DNA of 64,000 nt. Origin: an uncultured bacterium. GTDB lineage: Bacteria > Acidobacteriota > Aminicenantia > Aminicenantales > Saccharicenantaceae. Position 1 is the first letter of the stretch. Each line of letters begins with the position of its first letter. The position numbers were made by a program, and so were the translations under genes. The stretch is taken from NCBI GenBank assembly GCA_937920515.1, contig CALEUG010000015.1, positions 251 to 64,250 on the forward strand, read 5' to 3'. Under the pieces are notes generated by a model that saw nothing but the letters and a program-made list of their open reading frames with translations, was not told where the DNA came from and searched no databases. Below are positions 38,659-48,943 of the stretch, in pieces.

Positions 38659-40390
38659 GATAATCCGCGTGGCCGGTCCCCTGGTGGTGGCGGCCGAGTG
38701 TCTCGGCGCCAAGATGTACGACATGGTTAAGGTCGGGCACCTGGGGTTGATCGGAGAAATAATTGAACTCAATAACGACCAGGCCTATATCCAGGTCTAC
38801 GAAGACACCACCGGTGTTGGTCCGGGAGAGCCGGTGGTGCTCACTGAAAAACCTCTGTCGGTTGAATTAGGGCCCGGGATTCTGGGTTCAATCTACGACG
38901 GCATCCAGCGTCCGCTGGACATCATCAGGGCCAGGCACGGCGACTTCGTTTCGCGGGGAATCGAGGTTCCGGCTCTCGACCGGGAACGCCGCTGGCCTTT
39001 TGAACCGGCAAAAAAAGCCGGCGACAGGGTCCTGGCCGGAGATATCATCGGCTACGTCCAGGAAACTCCGCTCATCCAGCACCGGATCATGGTGCCGGAA
39101 AACGGAGACGGCGAAATCACGGAGATAAGGGAAGGCGAATTTCTGGTGACCGACGTGGTCTGCCGGATTAAGAAGGAATCGGGCGAAATTAAAGAGCTGA
39201 ACCTGTTCCAGGTCTGGCCGGTCCGAAAGCAGCGCCCGGTTAAAGAAAGACTGATGCCCTTTGAGCCCCTGATCACCGGCCAGAGAATTCTTGACACCCT
39301 GTTTCCACTGGCCAAGGGAGGAACGGCCTGCGTCCCCGGTCCTTTCGGCAGCGGCAAGACCGTGGTCCAGCACCAGCTGGCCAAGTGGTCCGACGCCCAG
39401 ATTATAGTCTACGTGGCCTGCGGGGAAAGGGGCAACGAGGTGGCCGACCTGCTTTTGAGCTTCCCGGAACTCAAGGACCCCAACACCGGGCGGCCGCTAC
39501 TGGAAAGAACGGTCATCATTGCCAACACTTCCAACATGCCGGTAGCAGCGCGCGAGGCCTCCATCTACACCGGAATGACCATTGCCGAGTATTTCCGCGA
39601 CATGGGCTACTCGGTGGCCCTGATGGCCGACTCTTCTTCCCGCTGGGCCGAGGCTCTGAGAGAAATCGGTGGACGCATGGAAGAAATGCCGGGCGACGAA
39701 GGTTATCCGGCCTATCTGGCCAGCCGCCTGGCCGAATTTTACGAACGGGCAGGAAAAGTCGTCTGTGCGGGCTCGGAGGAAAGGATCGGGGCCCTGAGCG
39801 TTATCGGCGCGGTCAGCCCGCCTGGAGGCGACCTGTCCGACCCGGTGGTCCAGGCCACTCTCAAGGTGGTTAAGGTCTTCTGGGCCCTGGACGACCGGCT
39901 GGCCAACATGAGGCATTTTCCGGCCATCAACTGGTTGCAGAGCTATTCCCTTTACCGCGATTCGCTTAAAAAATACCTGGCCGAAAAGGTGGCCGAGGAT
40001 TTTGTGGAACTCAGCCAGGAGGCCATGAAGCTGCTGGAGCTGGAGGCCGAACTCCAGGAAATTGCCAGGCTGATAGGCCTGGAATCTCTTTCTTACAGGG
40101 AAAGGTTGATCCTGGAAACTGCCCGCTCCATCCGTGAGGATTTCCTGCACCAGAATGCCTTCCATCCGCAGGACACCTACACCTCGATGCGCAAGCAGTA
40201 CCTGATGCTGAGGACCATCCTGCACTTCCATCACCGGGCCAGCGAGGCCCTGGAGGCCGGAAAGGAATTCAACGACATAGTCTCCCTGGAAGTCCGCGAC
40301 CGGATTTCCAAGATGAAATATCTGCCGGAGGATGAAGAAGCCCTGCTTCAGGTGGAAAAAGAAGTGGACGCTTCTTTCAAAGCACTTTAG
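38645..40390 (+). CDS. A/V-type ATPase catalytic subunit A
   Basis: The P-loop GPFGSGKT, Walker B and the characteristic non-homologous insert are present. The start was set at [12 protein letters not shown]. Confidence 0.9.
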   Translation: MRQGKIIRVAGPLVVAAECLGAKMYDMVKVGHLGLIGEIIELNNDQAYIQVYEDTTGVGPGEPVVLTEKPLSVELGPGILGSIYDGIQRPLDIIRARHGDFVSRGIEVPALDRERRWPFEPAKKAGDRVLAGDIIGYVQETPLIQHRIMVPENGDGEITEIREGEFLVTDVVCRIKKESGEIKELNLFQVWPVRKQRPVKERLMPFEPLITGQRILDTLFPLAKGGTACVPGPFGSGKTVVQHQLAKWSDAQIIVYVACGERGNEVADLLLSFPELKDPNTGRPLLERTVIIANTSNMPVAAREASIYTGMTIAEYFRDMGYSVALMADSSSRWAEALREIGGRMEEMPGDEGYPAYLASRLAEFYERAGKVVCAGSEERIGALSVIGAVSPPGGDLSDPVVQATLKVVKVFWALDDRLANMRHFPAINWLQSYSLYRDSLKKYLAEKVAEDFVELSQEAMKLLELEAELQEIARLIGLESLSYRERLILETARSIREDFLHQNAFHPQDTYTSMRKQYLMLRTILHFHHRASEALEAGKEFNDIVSLEVRDRISKMKYLPEDEEALLQVEKEVDASFKAL

Positions 40391-40406
40391 TTTTAAGGTG
40401 AGTCCC

Positions 40407-41813
40407 ATGCACAAAGAATACCTGACAGTTTCCAACATAGTCGGGCCGCTGGTTATCGTGGAGAAGATTGCCGGGGTCAAATACAACGAGCTGGTGGAGA
40501 TAGAAGACTCTCGCGGTCACCTGCGCCGCGGAACGGTGCTGGAGGTTTCCACCGACCAGGCCGTGGTCCAGGTGTTCGAGGGAACGGTTGGCCTGGACAT
40601 CGATAAGTCCCGGGTCCGTTTCCTGGGTCGTTCCCAGCAGCTGCCGGTATCGGAAGAAATCATCGGCCGGGTGTTTGACGGCTCCGGTCGGCCACGTGAT
40701 AACGGTCCCCGGATCATCGCCCGCAAGCGACTGGACATCAACGGTAGCCCCATCAACCCCGATGCCCGTGATTATCCCTCGGAATTCATCCAGACCGGAA
40801 TTTCCTCCATCGACGGCATGAACCCGCTGGTCCGCGGCCAGAAGCTGCCAATTTTTTCCGGCTCCGGCCTGCCCCACCCGCGGATTGCGGCCCAGATTGC
40901 CCGCCAGGCCAGGGTCCTGGGCAAGGAAGAAAAATTCGCGGTGGTCTTTGCGGCCATGGGCATCACCTTTGAAGAAGCCAGCTTCTTCATTGAAGATTTC
41001 CGCAACACCGGGGCCCTGGAGAGGGCGGTTCTGTTCCTGAACCTGGCCAACGAGCCGGCCATCGAAAGAATCGCCACCCCACGCCTGGCCCTGACCTGCG
41101 CCGAGTACCTGGCCTTCGAACTGGACATGCATGTGCTGGTCATCCTGGTCGACATGACCTTCTACGCCGAGGCCCTGCGCGAAATCTCGGCCGCCAGGAA
41201 GGAAATCCCGGGCCGGCGCGGTTATCCCGGTTATCTCTATACCGACCTGGCCACCATGTACGAGAGGGCCGGCCGGATCAAGGGCAAACCAGGCTCCATC
41301 ACCATGATTCCCATCCTGACCATGCCCGAAGACGACAAGACCCACCCCATTCCTGACCTGACCGGTTATATTACCGAGGGCCAGGTTATTCTCAGCCGGG
41401 AGCTGCATCGCAAGGGAATCTACCCGCCGATAGACGTCCTGCCCAGCCTGTCGCGTTTAAAAGATAAAGGAATAGGCGCCGGCAAAACCAGGGAAGACCA
41501 CGCCGACGTTCTGAACCAGCTTTTTGCCTGCTACGCCCGCGGCAAGGAAGCCCGGGAACTGTCCCTGATCCTGGGTGAGGCGGCCCTCAGCGACCTGGAC
41601 CGGCTGTACCTGAAGTTTGCCGACCTGTTTGAAACGGAGTTTGTCCGGCAGGGCGAATTCGAAGCCCGGACCATCGAGGAGACCATAGAACTCGGCTGGA
41701 AGCTGATGCGCCAGCTTCCGAAGAAAGAACTGAAAAGAATCCGGCCGGAATACCTGGAAAAATATTATTCGCCAGCCGGGCCCGCTGGAGGCGAGAAGTC
41801 AAATGAAACTTAA
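40407..41813 (+). CDS. A/V-type ATPase subunit B
   Basis: The N-terminus [16 protein letters not shown]… matches regulatory subunit B. The ORF-track N-terminal extension is rejected. Confidence 0.9.
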   Translation: MHKEYLTVSNIVGPLVIVEKIAGVKYNELVEIEDSRGHLRRGTVLEVSTDQAVVQVFEGTVGLDIDKSRVRFLGRSQQLPVSEEIIGRVFDGSGRPRDNGPRIIARKRLDINGSPINPDARDYPSEFIQTGISSIDGMNPLVRGQKLPIFSGSGLPHPRIAAQIARQARVLGKEEKFAVVFAAMGITFEEASFFIEDFRNTGALERAVLFLNLANEPAIERIATPRLALTCAEYLAFELDMHVLVILVDMTFYAEALREISAARKEIPGRRGYPGYLYTDLATMYERAGRIKGKPGSITMIPILTMPEDDKTHPIPDLTGYITEGQVILSRELHRKGIYPPIDVLPSLSRLKDKGIGAGKTREDHADVLNQLFACYARGKEARELSLILGEAALSDLDRLYLKFADLFETEFVRQGEFEARTIEETIELGWKLMRQLPKKELKRIRPEYLEKYYSPAGPAGGEKSNET

Positions 41814-42414
41814 GGTGAACCCCAACCGGATGGAGCTGTTGCGGCTCCGCCGTCGTCTGGTCCTGGCCGAACGGGGACATAAGTTGCTCAAGGACAAGCT
41901 GGAAGAGCTGATGCGCCAGCTGCTGGAAACCTCGCGGCGACTGGTAGAGCTGCACGAAAAGATCGACCGGGAATTCGAGATTATTACCGGGGCTACCGCT
42001 GCCGTCCGAGTGGCCCAGCCGTCTTCCGAAATCTCAGAACTCCTGGAAGAGGGCAACCTGGAATTTTCCGTGGAGAAGGGCCGGCTGCTTAATCTAACCG
42101 TTCCCGAGTTTCAGCTGGTCAATTTTCAGCCGGGAACCTATGATCTGTTTCTGACCGAAAGCGAGCTGGACGTGGCCGTAAAACATTTTAAGAAAATTCT
42201 GCCAGAACTCCTGGAGTTCTGCAGCCTCTGGAAAAAACTGGAACTCCTGGCTCATGAAATTGAAGTGACCAGGAGAAGGGTCAATGCCCTGGAATACATT
42301 TTAATCCCCAGCCTCCAGGAAACCATCCACTCCATCTCCTCCCGCCTGGAGGAAATCGAACGTTCCTACCAGGTTCAGCTGATGCGGGTGAAGGAGATTG
42401 TCCGCCACCACTGA
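41803..42414 (+). CDS. A/V-type ATPase subunit D (central stalk)
   Basis: 203 aa with the subunit D N-terminus [19 protein letters not shown]. Confidence 0.8.
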   Translation: MKLKVNPNRMELLRLRRRLVLAERGHKLLKDKLEELMRQLLETSRRLVELHEKIDREFEIITGATAAVRVAQPSSEISELLEEGNLEFSVEKGRLLNLTVPEFQLVNFQPGTYDLFLTESELDVAVKHFKKILPELLEFCSLWKKLELLAHEIEVTRRRVNALEYILIPSLQETIHSISSRLEEIERSYQVQLMRVKEIVRHH

Positions 42415-42469
42415 TAGTGGTCTAAAATTACTTTACACAAAAAAAAGTATAAAAAAGCTGAAAAAGTAT

Positions 42470-42504
42470 TGACATCCAGTAAAAAAGCTGTATATATACA
42501 ATTG
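42470..42504 (+). promoter_or_regulatory. Near-consensus sigma70-type promoter (TTGACA, 17 nt spacer, TATATA) in an AT-rich spacer upstream of the ATP-grasp/GNAT/KamA cluster
   Basis: The sequence ttgacatccagtaaaaaagctgtatatatac is read directly. It lies about 95 nt upstream of the ATG at 42600. Confidence 0.5.
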
Positions 42505-42599
42505 AAAATGAAAAACAAAAATGAAACTGAAAGCGGCGATTAAAAAATTTCCGGGGGAAGGTATTTAAATATTTTTTAGTGAAGGGTGAAGAAAAGAAA

Positions 42600-43718
42600 A
42601 TGAAAATCGCTTTGCTTTTCAGTTCCAAGCAGGGCATGGCCAGGACGCTGGGACCGGTTCTCTTTGAAGACCGGGTGGAAGAAGGGGAAGAGCCCCCACC
42701 TGATTTGCTGGCTGAATGTGACAGCGATGAAACCATCATTGCCGTTCAGCAAGCCCTCCAGAAGTTTCACCAGGTGGTTCTGATTGAATCGGACGAGCAG
42801 GCCTACCTGCGCCTGATGGCAGAAAAGCCGGACCTGGTTTTCAACATAGCTGAAAGACTTTTCGGGCCAAATCGCGAATCCCACATTCCGACCATCTGCG
42901 AGATGCTGAATATTCCCTACACCGGCTCCGATCCGCTGACGCTGGGCCTCTGTCTGGATAAGTCCAGAGCCAAGGAAATTCTGAGTTACCACCGCATCCC
43001 CAACCCCCACTTCAGAGTGATAGAGAGAGTTGGTGATATTCCATCCAGGCTGAAATACCCGCTGATAGTTAAACCGCTTTATGAAGGTTCCAGCAAAGGT
43101 ATCAGGAATAACTCGGTGGTCAGCAACCGTCGCGAACTCAAAGCCAGGATTGAAGAAATCCGGAGGTTGTACGACCAGCCGGCCATAGTCGAAAAGTTCT
43201 TGACCGGCCGGGAATTCACGGTCGGGGTTCTGGGCAATTATCCCGACCTGGAAATACTGCCGATCGTGGAGATCGACCATTCCCAGCTTCCGGCCGGGGC
43301 CAGACCGATCTATTCCTACGAAGCCAAGTGGGTCTGGGACACCCCTGACCGGCCGCTGGAAATCTTCTGCTGCCCGGCCGACATCTCGGATGAATTGAAA
43401 ACCGCGATTGAGAAAAACGTCAGGAATACCTGCCGGGTGCTGAGAATACGCGACTGGGCCCGGATCGATGTCAGGCTGGACGAGCAGGGTGTGCCCAACA
43501 TCCTGGAAATAAATCCGCTGCCGGGCATCCTGCCCAATCCTGAAGAGAATTCCTGCCTGCCCAAGGCGGCCCGGGCGGCCGGTTATACCTACGACCAGCT
43601 CATCAACCGGGTGGTCTGGGAAGCCGGAAAGAGATACGGCCTGCCGGTTGATTTTTACCGCGAAGCAGTCAGGCCGGCGGTCGGTTCCCTGGGTCTCGGA
43701 GGAGCCGATGGCCACTAA
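42600..43718 (+). CDS. D-alanine-D-alanine-ligase-like ATP-grasp enzyme (paralog 1)
   Basis: The Ddl-family N-domain (…ESHIPTICEMLNIPYTGSDPLTLGLCLDKSRAKE…) and ATP-grasp body (YPLIVKPLYEGSSKGI…) are present. Confidence 0.7.
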   Translation: MKIALLFSSKQGMARTLGPVLFEDRVEEGEEPPPDLLAECDSDETIIAVQQALQKFHQVVLIESDEQAYLRLMAEKPDLVFNIAERLFGPNRESHIPTICEMLNIPYTGSDPLTLGLCLDKSRAKEILSYHRIPNPHFRVIERVGDIPSRLKYPLIVKPLYEGSSKGIRNNSVVSNRRELKARIEEIRRLYDQPAIVEKFLTGREFTVGVLGNYPDLEILPIVEIDHSQLPAGARPIYSYEAKWVWDTPDRPLEIFCCPADISDELKTAIEKNVRNTCRVLRIRDWARIDVRLDEQGVPNILEINPLPGILPNPEENSCLPKAARAAGYTYDQLINRVVWEAGKRYGLPVDFYREAVRPAVGSLGLGGADGH

Positions 43719-44739
43719 CGGTCCTAAAGTCGGAGTGGCTTTCAACACCTACGAGCCTTTCATCTACCGCCCGGAGAAAGTTTCCGAGGACTCGGTGGCC
43801 AGGGTGGCCGAAGTCGTCTGCGAAACCCTGGTCAAAGCCGGCGTTGATGCCAGCATCATTCCTCTGCAGAGAAGCATGTTTACTTTTCTGCGACGGCTAA
43901 AAGAGTTGAACGTGGAGGTGGTGGTCAACCTGTGCGAGGGCTTCTTCGGCAATCCCCAGTGGGAAGCTAACGTGGCCGCGGTCATGGAAATGCTGCACAT
44001 TCCCTTTACCGGGAACAGTTCGCGGACTCTGGCCCTCTGTCAGGACAAACACCAGGCCAAGGCCATCCTGAGTTCTTTTAACCTGCCGGTGGCCGCCAGC
44101 CAGCTGATAACTTCGGCCGAGGAGATGGTTGACCTTAAATTCCCGGTGATCGTCAAGCCCAACTCCGAGGATGCCAGCATAGGCGTCCATCCGGAATCGG
44201 TGGTTTATGACCATGACTCCCTGGCCGCCAGGGTGGAAAAGATAGTCAGGACCTACAACCAGCCGGCCATAGTTGAAGAGTATATCGATGGCCGCGAGTT
44301 TAACGTGGCCGTCCTGGAAGACGGGGAGCCCGGGGCCCTGCCCGTTTCCGAAATAGATTTTTCTAAAATGCCGGAGGGCTATCCCCATATCTGCAGTTAT
44401 GAAGCCAAGTGGTATCCTGACCACATCCTGTATAAATCGACTCCGCCCATCTGCCCGGCCAGAATAAGCAAAGAGCTGAGCCGGTCGCTTCAGGAGCTGG
44501 CCGTCAGCGCTTTCAAGGCCATGGGTTGCCGCGATTATGCCCGGGTGGATTTCCGGATGAACAAAGCGGGGGAGGTCTTCATACTGGAGGTCAACCCCAA
44601 CCCGGACATCAGCCTGGATGCCGGTTATGCCCGGGCTTTAAATGCGGCCGGCATAGATTACGCGGATTTCTGGAAGCTGCTGATAGAAAATGCCAGGAAA
44701 AGGAAAGAAGGCAATGGTAAGGCCAATGGCAAGAGCTGA
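43708..44739 (+). CDS. D-alanine-D-alanine-ligase-like ATP-grasp enzyme (paralog 2)
   Basis: Its architecture is the same as paralog 1 (…LHIPFTGNSSRTLALCQDKHQAKA…FPVIVKPNSEDASIGV…). The start overlaps the upstream stop (ATGGCCACTAA). Confidence 0.7.
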   Translation: MATNGPKVGVAFNTYEPFIYRPEKVSEDSVARVAEVVCETLVKAGVDASIIPLQRSMFTFLRRLKELNVEVVVNLCEGFFGNPQWEANVAAVMEMLHIPFTGNSSRTLALCQDKHQAKAILSSFNLPVAASQLITSAEEMVDLKFPVIVKPNSEDASIGVHPESVVYDHDSLAARVEKIVRTYNQPAIVEEYIDGREFNVAVLEDGEPGALPVSEIDFSKMPEGYPHICSYEAKWYPDHILYKSTPPICPARISKELSRSLQELAVSAFKAMGCRDYARVDFRMNKAGEVFILEVNPNPDISLDAGYARALNAAGIDYADFWKLLIENARKRKEGNGKANGKS

Positions 44740-45196
44740 CCGCCAGCCGGTGCTCGAGCTGGTCCGGGCCACCGGCTTTTTCACGCCGGCCGAAATACAG
44801 GTGGCTGAGGAATTGATAGATATTTATCTTGATAATCCAGGACAGCGCGACTATTACACAGTGGTGGTGGAAAATGAAAAGGGACAGGTGGCTGGCTATA
44901 TGACCTATGGACCGACACCCCTGGCCGAAGGCACCTGGGACCTTTACTGGATTGCTGTGGCCCCGGAAGCCCAGGGCCGTGGCTACGGGCAGCAGCTGGT
45001 GGGCTGGCTGGAAGATGAAGTGAAGAGAAACAACGGTCGCCTGATTCTGATAGAAACTTCTTCCCAGCCGAAGTATCAACCAACCAGGAAATTCTACGAG
45101 AAACTGGGATATACCGAAGTGGCCCGCATCCGGGATTTTTATCGTCCCGGAGACGACCGGGTGATCTTCGGAAAATATTTTCGCTCAAAGGAGTGA
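44714..45196 (+). CDS. GNAT-family N-acetyltransferase
   Basis: About 160 aa. The acetyl-CoA-binding motif region (…APEAQGRGYGQQLVGWLE…) is present. It overlaps the upstream gene. Confidence 0.7.
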   Translation: MVRPMARADRQPVLELVRATGFFTPAEIQVAEELIDIYLDNPGQRDYYTVVVENEKGQVAGYMTYGPTPLAEGTWDLYWIAVAPEAQGRGYGQQLVGWLEDEVKRNNGRLILIETSSQPKYQPTRKFYEKLGYTEVARIRDFYRPGDDRVIFGKYFRSKE

Positions 45197-45208
45197 GAAA
45201 AGGAGACA

Positions 45209-46312
45209 ATGGAAGACTGGCAACGAATCTTAGGCGACAGCCTGCGCACGCCCGAAGACATCGCCGAGCACTTCGGCCTGGACCTGGAAGAGGTCAGGAA
45301 AATTGGCCGGGCCTTCAAGATCCAGATTACTCCTTACTATGCGAGCCTGATCAAGAAAAAGGGTGACCCCATCTATAAACAGGTGGTGCCAGACCTGGCT
45401 GAACTGGCCGAGAATTCCGGCCAGGAGGACCCGCTGGAAGAAGACCTGGATTCCCCGGTCCCCAGCATTGTCCACCGCTACCCCGACCGGGTGCTGTTCC
45501 TGGTTTCTCACAGCTGTGCTTCTTACTGCCGTTTCTGCACCAGGAAGAGGAAAGTTGGCGACCCGGGCAAGATTCATCCCCGCTACATCGAAGACGGCAT
45601 CAACTACATCAGGGACCACCCCGAGGTTCGCGACGTGATCATTTCCGGCGGAGACCCGCTCATCCTGAGCGACGAAAAGCTGGAAGCCATCCTGAGCCAG
45701 GTGCGCTCCATTCCCCACGTGGAAATCGTGCGGCTCGGCAGCCGGGTGCCCTGTTTCCTGCCACAGAGAATTACCGGGAAACTGCTCAACATGCTCAAGA
45801 AGTACCACCCTCTTTATCTGAACGTCCATTTTAATCATCCCGATGAAATCACGCCGGAAGCGGCCCGGGCCCTTAACCTGCTGGCCGATGCCGGCATTCC
45901 CCTCGGCAACCAGACCGTCCTGCTCAAGGGCATCAACGATGACGTCCTGGTTATGAGAAGGTTGATGCAGAAGCTGCTGACGGTCAGAGTGCGTCCCTAT
46001 TACATTTACCAGGCGGACTACGTGAAGGGTACCGACCATTTCCGGACCACCGTGGAGAAGGGCCTGGAAATTTACCAGGGATTGAGAGGCTGGACTTCGG
46101 GCCTGGCCGTGCCCCAGTACGTCATCGATGCTCCTGGCGGCGGCGGCAAAATCCCGCTGATTCCCGAGTACGTGCAGTCAATCTCGGACGAGAAGGTGGT
46201 CCTCAGGAACTATGCCGGTGAGGTCTATGTCTATCCGCAGGTGAAGAGTCCGAAGAAGAGACGGCCACGGGTGCAGCCTCCGTGTTATGCTGCCCCCAGC
46301 CAGCAGCTCTGA
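45209..46312 (+). CDS. KamA-family radical SAM lysine 2,3-aminomutase (short KamA/EpmB-like form)
   Basis: The CASYCRFC (CxxxCxxC) cluster, the KamA N-terminal motif (…AFKIQITPYYASLI…) and the PLP-binding region (…NQTVLLKGIND…) are present. The protein is 367 aa. Confidence 0.8.
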   Translation: MEDWQRILGDSLRTPEDIAEHFGLDLEEVRKIGRAFKIQITPYYASLIKKKGDPIYKQVVPDLAELAENSGQEDPLEEDLDSPVPSIVHRYPDRVLFLVSHSCASYCRFCTRKRKVGDPGKIHPRYIEDGINYIRDHPEVRDVIISGGDPLILSDEKLEAILSQVRSIPHVEIVRLGSRVPCFLPQRITGKLLNMLKKYHPLYLNVHFNHPDEITPEAARALNLLADAGIPLGNQTVLLKGINDDVLVMRRLMQKLLTVRVRPYYIYQADYVKGTDHFRTTVEKGLEIYQGLRGWTSGLAVPQYVIDAPGGGGKIPLIPEYVQSISDEKVVLRNYAGEVYVYPQVKSPKKRRPRVQPPCYAAPSQQL

Positions 46313-46708
46313 GCACCCGGCGAACAGGCTTTTATCGGACGGAAGTTCCGGTCCGGTGGACCGGGTTTTCCATTGAGCCTTTCCTGGCATAGCGGCCGGT
46401 TAGATTCCCCTGAATATGTTGGCCGCCCTGTGGAAACAGGAGAGAAAAACACCGGGGAAGCCCCGTTTACTGCCCGGGTCATCGTGGTATGTCCGACCCG
46501 GTTATTTCTGCCTGTTGTTTTCTCTTCGTTTGCCCTCTGATTTGTCGGCTGCTATCCCGGGGGCACAAGAGCCACGGTCAGGTTCCAGAGCCCGGCGCTC
46601 TGGACTTGCTCGGCTTAGGCCTCTTGTTTGTTTGCCAGCCTGCCGGCTGGAAAATAACGGCCACAGGACAGAATCCCGGGTCTAATTTAACCAGGACTGG
46701 CGCGGGTG

Positions 46709-48943
46709 TCACCTCTGGACCTGCTGCAGGTAACCGGCCAGCCCCACCTGCTGCAGGATGGCCAGGGCTTCCTCGTTCGTCACCCCTTTTTTCAGGCGCA
46801 GCGCTTCCAGTATCCTGATTATGGACAGGGCGACTTCGGCCGTCTGGCCGGCCACGGACTGTTTATCCCTGAGAAATTCAATGGAATCGTAGAGGACGGC
46901 GTTGGCTTCCCCGTAGCTTATTTCCTGGCGACGTCCGTATTTTTTTATCCATTCCGGCTGACGCAGGCAGTCATTGACGTGGGACTGAATCAGGAAGGTG
47001 GCCCGGCCGATGAGCTTGAGGTTGCTGGGGCTGACGTTGGTCATGGTGTTGCCGATGACCCGGCCCAGCCTGGCCATGACCGCGGTGGAATGGGCATTGA
47101 GCACCATCTTCAGGCCGACATTCTGTTTCAACAGGAACGGGTCATTCTCCCGGCCGAGGTTGAGCCAGACCTGAACGGGAGCAGGCTGAGCCTGGTTTAA
47201 GAATGTTCGGTAGTGGTCGTTGATTTTATTTTTCAGGGCCACGATTTGCTTTTCGTTAAGGTCGTTAAGGCCGACCATAACCAGCCTGGCCTGCCTTTCC
47301 AGAAACAACCTGACAAAGCGGCTGAAGGCCGAGTTCGGGTCCAGCAGTTTGTTTTCCTCCGGCGACAGGGAGACCACCACCCCCAGGTCCCCGGGCTGAG
47401 GTCCTCGTTTCTCCAGGTTGAAGGCAGCAAAGGAAAAATCGTAGAGCTCCTGCTGGTTGTTGCCGGCCTTCTTCAGGCTTTCCAGGGCGGCCCGGCGGAG
47501 ATAGGGGTCGTCCACTTCTTCTTCAAAATGCGGCCGGTAGAAATCTTCCCGGAGACCCCGGAAAGGACGCCCCAGGAAATTCAACCAGGCCTGCCTTCTG
47601 CTGGCAGCCGGTGTCCAGACCTGGATCCAGCAGCGGCGGATAGGTTCCTCCACTGTGTCCAGCGGAAAGAGCCTGAAGGTCGGGCTGCGCTCGGTGCTAT
47701 CTATGAATACCGTGATCAGGGCTTTCTCCGCAAAGTAAGTGGAGAAATGATTTCCGGCGTAAGTGTCAGCTTCGAGTGCGGTCCACTCTGCTATCCCGGG
47801 CACGGCGTTTTTTATCCTGGACAGGATCCGGCTGAAGTCCCGGAGGGTTTCCACCAGGTCATACCGGCGGGTAAAACCGATTCTCTGGAGCTCTTTGCCG
47901 CTCAGAAACCCGGACAGAAGGTCATAAACCGCAGCCTGCAGGGCTGCTCCCAGCACGTAGGTTTCGATAGTGGTGGCCTGCATCCGGGTTGAACCGGTTA
48001 TGGCCATTGGCCCGGTGGTCAGGTTGATCCTGGTAATGCCCGGTTCTTCCAGGACCGACCGGCTGCGGTCAAACGGCCTCAACCGGTCGTCGGGGTTGTT
48101 GTAGACAAAATACAGCTTCTGGCGGCTCTGCTCGGGGCTGTAGCCGGGGGCTTCCTTCCACTGTTCCAGGGCGGCCAGGATGGTTCCGATTACCGATGAA
48201 GTCTCCCCGCCCTCGGTAACGCAGATGACCAGGTCACCCTTTTCCACCCCGTGGTCCAGAAGCTGGAGCCGGCCAATGAGCTGCAGGTCTTCAAAGCCTT
48301 CCAGAGAAGAAATCAGGGCCCGGTCGGCCCCGGTCATCTCGCCGATGAGTTTTTCGGCAAGGTCAGATCCCAGATTCTTTTCGACCTTGAGCCAGATGGC
48401 TTTATCCTGGCACAGTGAATTCCAGAACGGACGCCAGAAGGTGCTTTCCATCTGTTTGGCCAGGCGCCCGGTGGCCCCGCAGCCGTAAATGTAAATTTTC
48501 CGGCCGGAAAGGATGGTATTCTTGATTTCCGAGGAAAGGCGCAGCAGGTCCCGGGGGGAATCCGCCAGCTCTTCCAGCCGGTTGACTATATCTTCGTCGA
48601 CTGAAAACAGCATGTGCAGGGCGGCCGGAATGTCAGTCTTGATTCTTTCGCTCAGATTCCAGGTCCGGGGATGGCGCTGCTCGGTCAGCAGGGTATGGAG
48701 CTGAAACTGGGTCTTGTTTTGAACGTAATCGAGAGACTCGGCCGGAACTTCCAGGCCCAGGAGCTGCAGCAACCCGGACTGAGCAGACACCGGTTCCTGG
48801 CCCTGCCGGGCCAGGAGGGTCAGAATTACTACTAATATAGTAGGAATTAGGAGGATTCCGGTCATCCGGACCGGCCACGACCTGTCATTTATTCTTATTC
48901 TGTTTTTCATTTTCCAGTGGCTTTCCGTATTGATGGGTGTCAT
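46709..48943 (-). CDS. Membrane-anchored protein with two MurQ/GckR-like SIS domains (glucokinase-regulator-like duplication)
   Basis: It has an N-terminal TM segment. The first SIS module (IYIYGCGATGRLA…TGSTRMQATTIETYVLGAAL) and the second (…NVGLKMVLNAHSTAVMARLGRVIGNTMTNVSPSNLKLIGRATFLI, close to the MurQ C-terminal signature) are both present. Confidence 0.5.
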   Translation of the reverse strand: MTPINTESHWKMKNRIRINDRSWPVRMTGILLIPTILVVILTLLARQGQEPVSAQSGLLQLLGLEVPAESLDYVQNKTQFQLHTLLTEQRHPRTWNLSERIKTDIPAALHMLFSVDEDIVNRLEELADSPRDLLRLSSEIKNTILSGRKIYIYGCGATGRLAKQMESTFWRPFWNSLCQDKAIWLKVEKNLGSDLAEKLIGEMTGADRALISSLEGFEDLQLIGRLQLLDHGVEKGDLVICVTEGGETSSVIGTILAALEQWKEAPGYSPEQSRQKLYFVYNNPDDRLRPFDRSRSVLEEPGITRINLTTGPMAITGSTRMQATTIETYVLGAALQAAVYDLLSGFLSGKELQRIGFTRRYDLVETLRDFSRILSRIKNAVPGIAEWTALEADTYAGNHFSTYFAEKALITVFIDSTERSPTFRLFPLDTVEEPIRRCWIQVWTPAASRRQAWLNFLGRPFRGLREDFYRPHFEEEVDDPYLRRAALESLKKAGNNQQELYDFSFAAFNLEKRGPQPGDLGVVVSLSPEENKLLDPNSAFSRFVRLFLERQARLVMVGLNDLNEKQIVALKNKINDHYRTFLNQAQPAPVQVWLNLGRENDPFLLKQNVGLKMVLNAHSTAVMARLGRVIGNTMTNVSPSNLKLIGRATFLIQSHVNDCLRQPEWIKKYGRRQEISYGEANAVLYDSIEFLRDKQSVAGQTAEVALSIIRILEALRLKKGVTNEEALAILQQVGLAGYLQQVQR

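Noticed and set aside
39497-41408. Long minus-strand ORFs (329 and 343 aa) across V-ATPase A and B genes
   Set aside because: They are antisense to highly conserved ATPase subunits and are spurious.
42576-43748. 390-aa minus-strand ORF over ATP-grasp paralog 1 (also 43897-44424 and 45230-46039 over paralog 2 and kamA)
   Set aside because: They are antisense shadow ORFs. The plus-strand genes carry Ddl, GNAT and KamA motifs and are translationally coupled.
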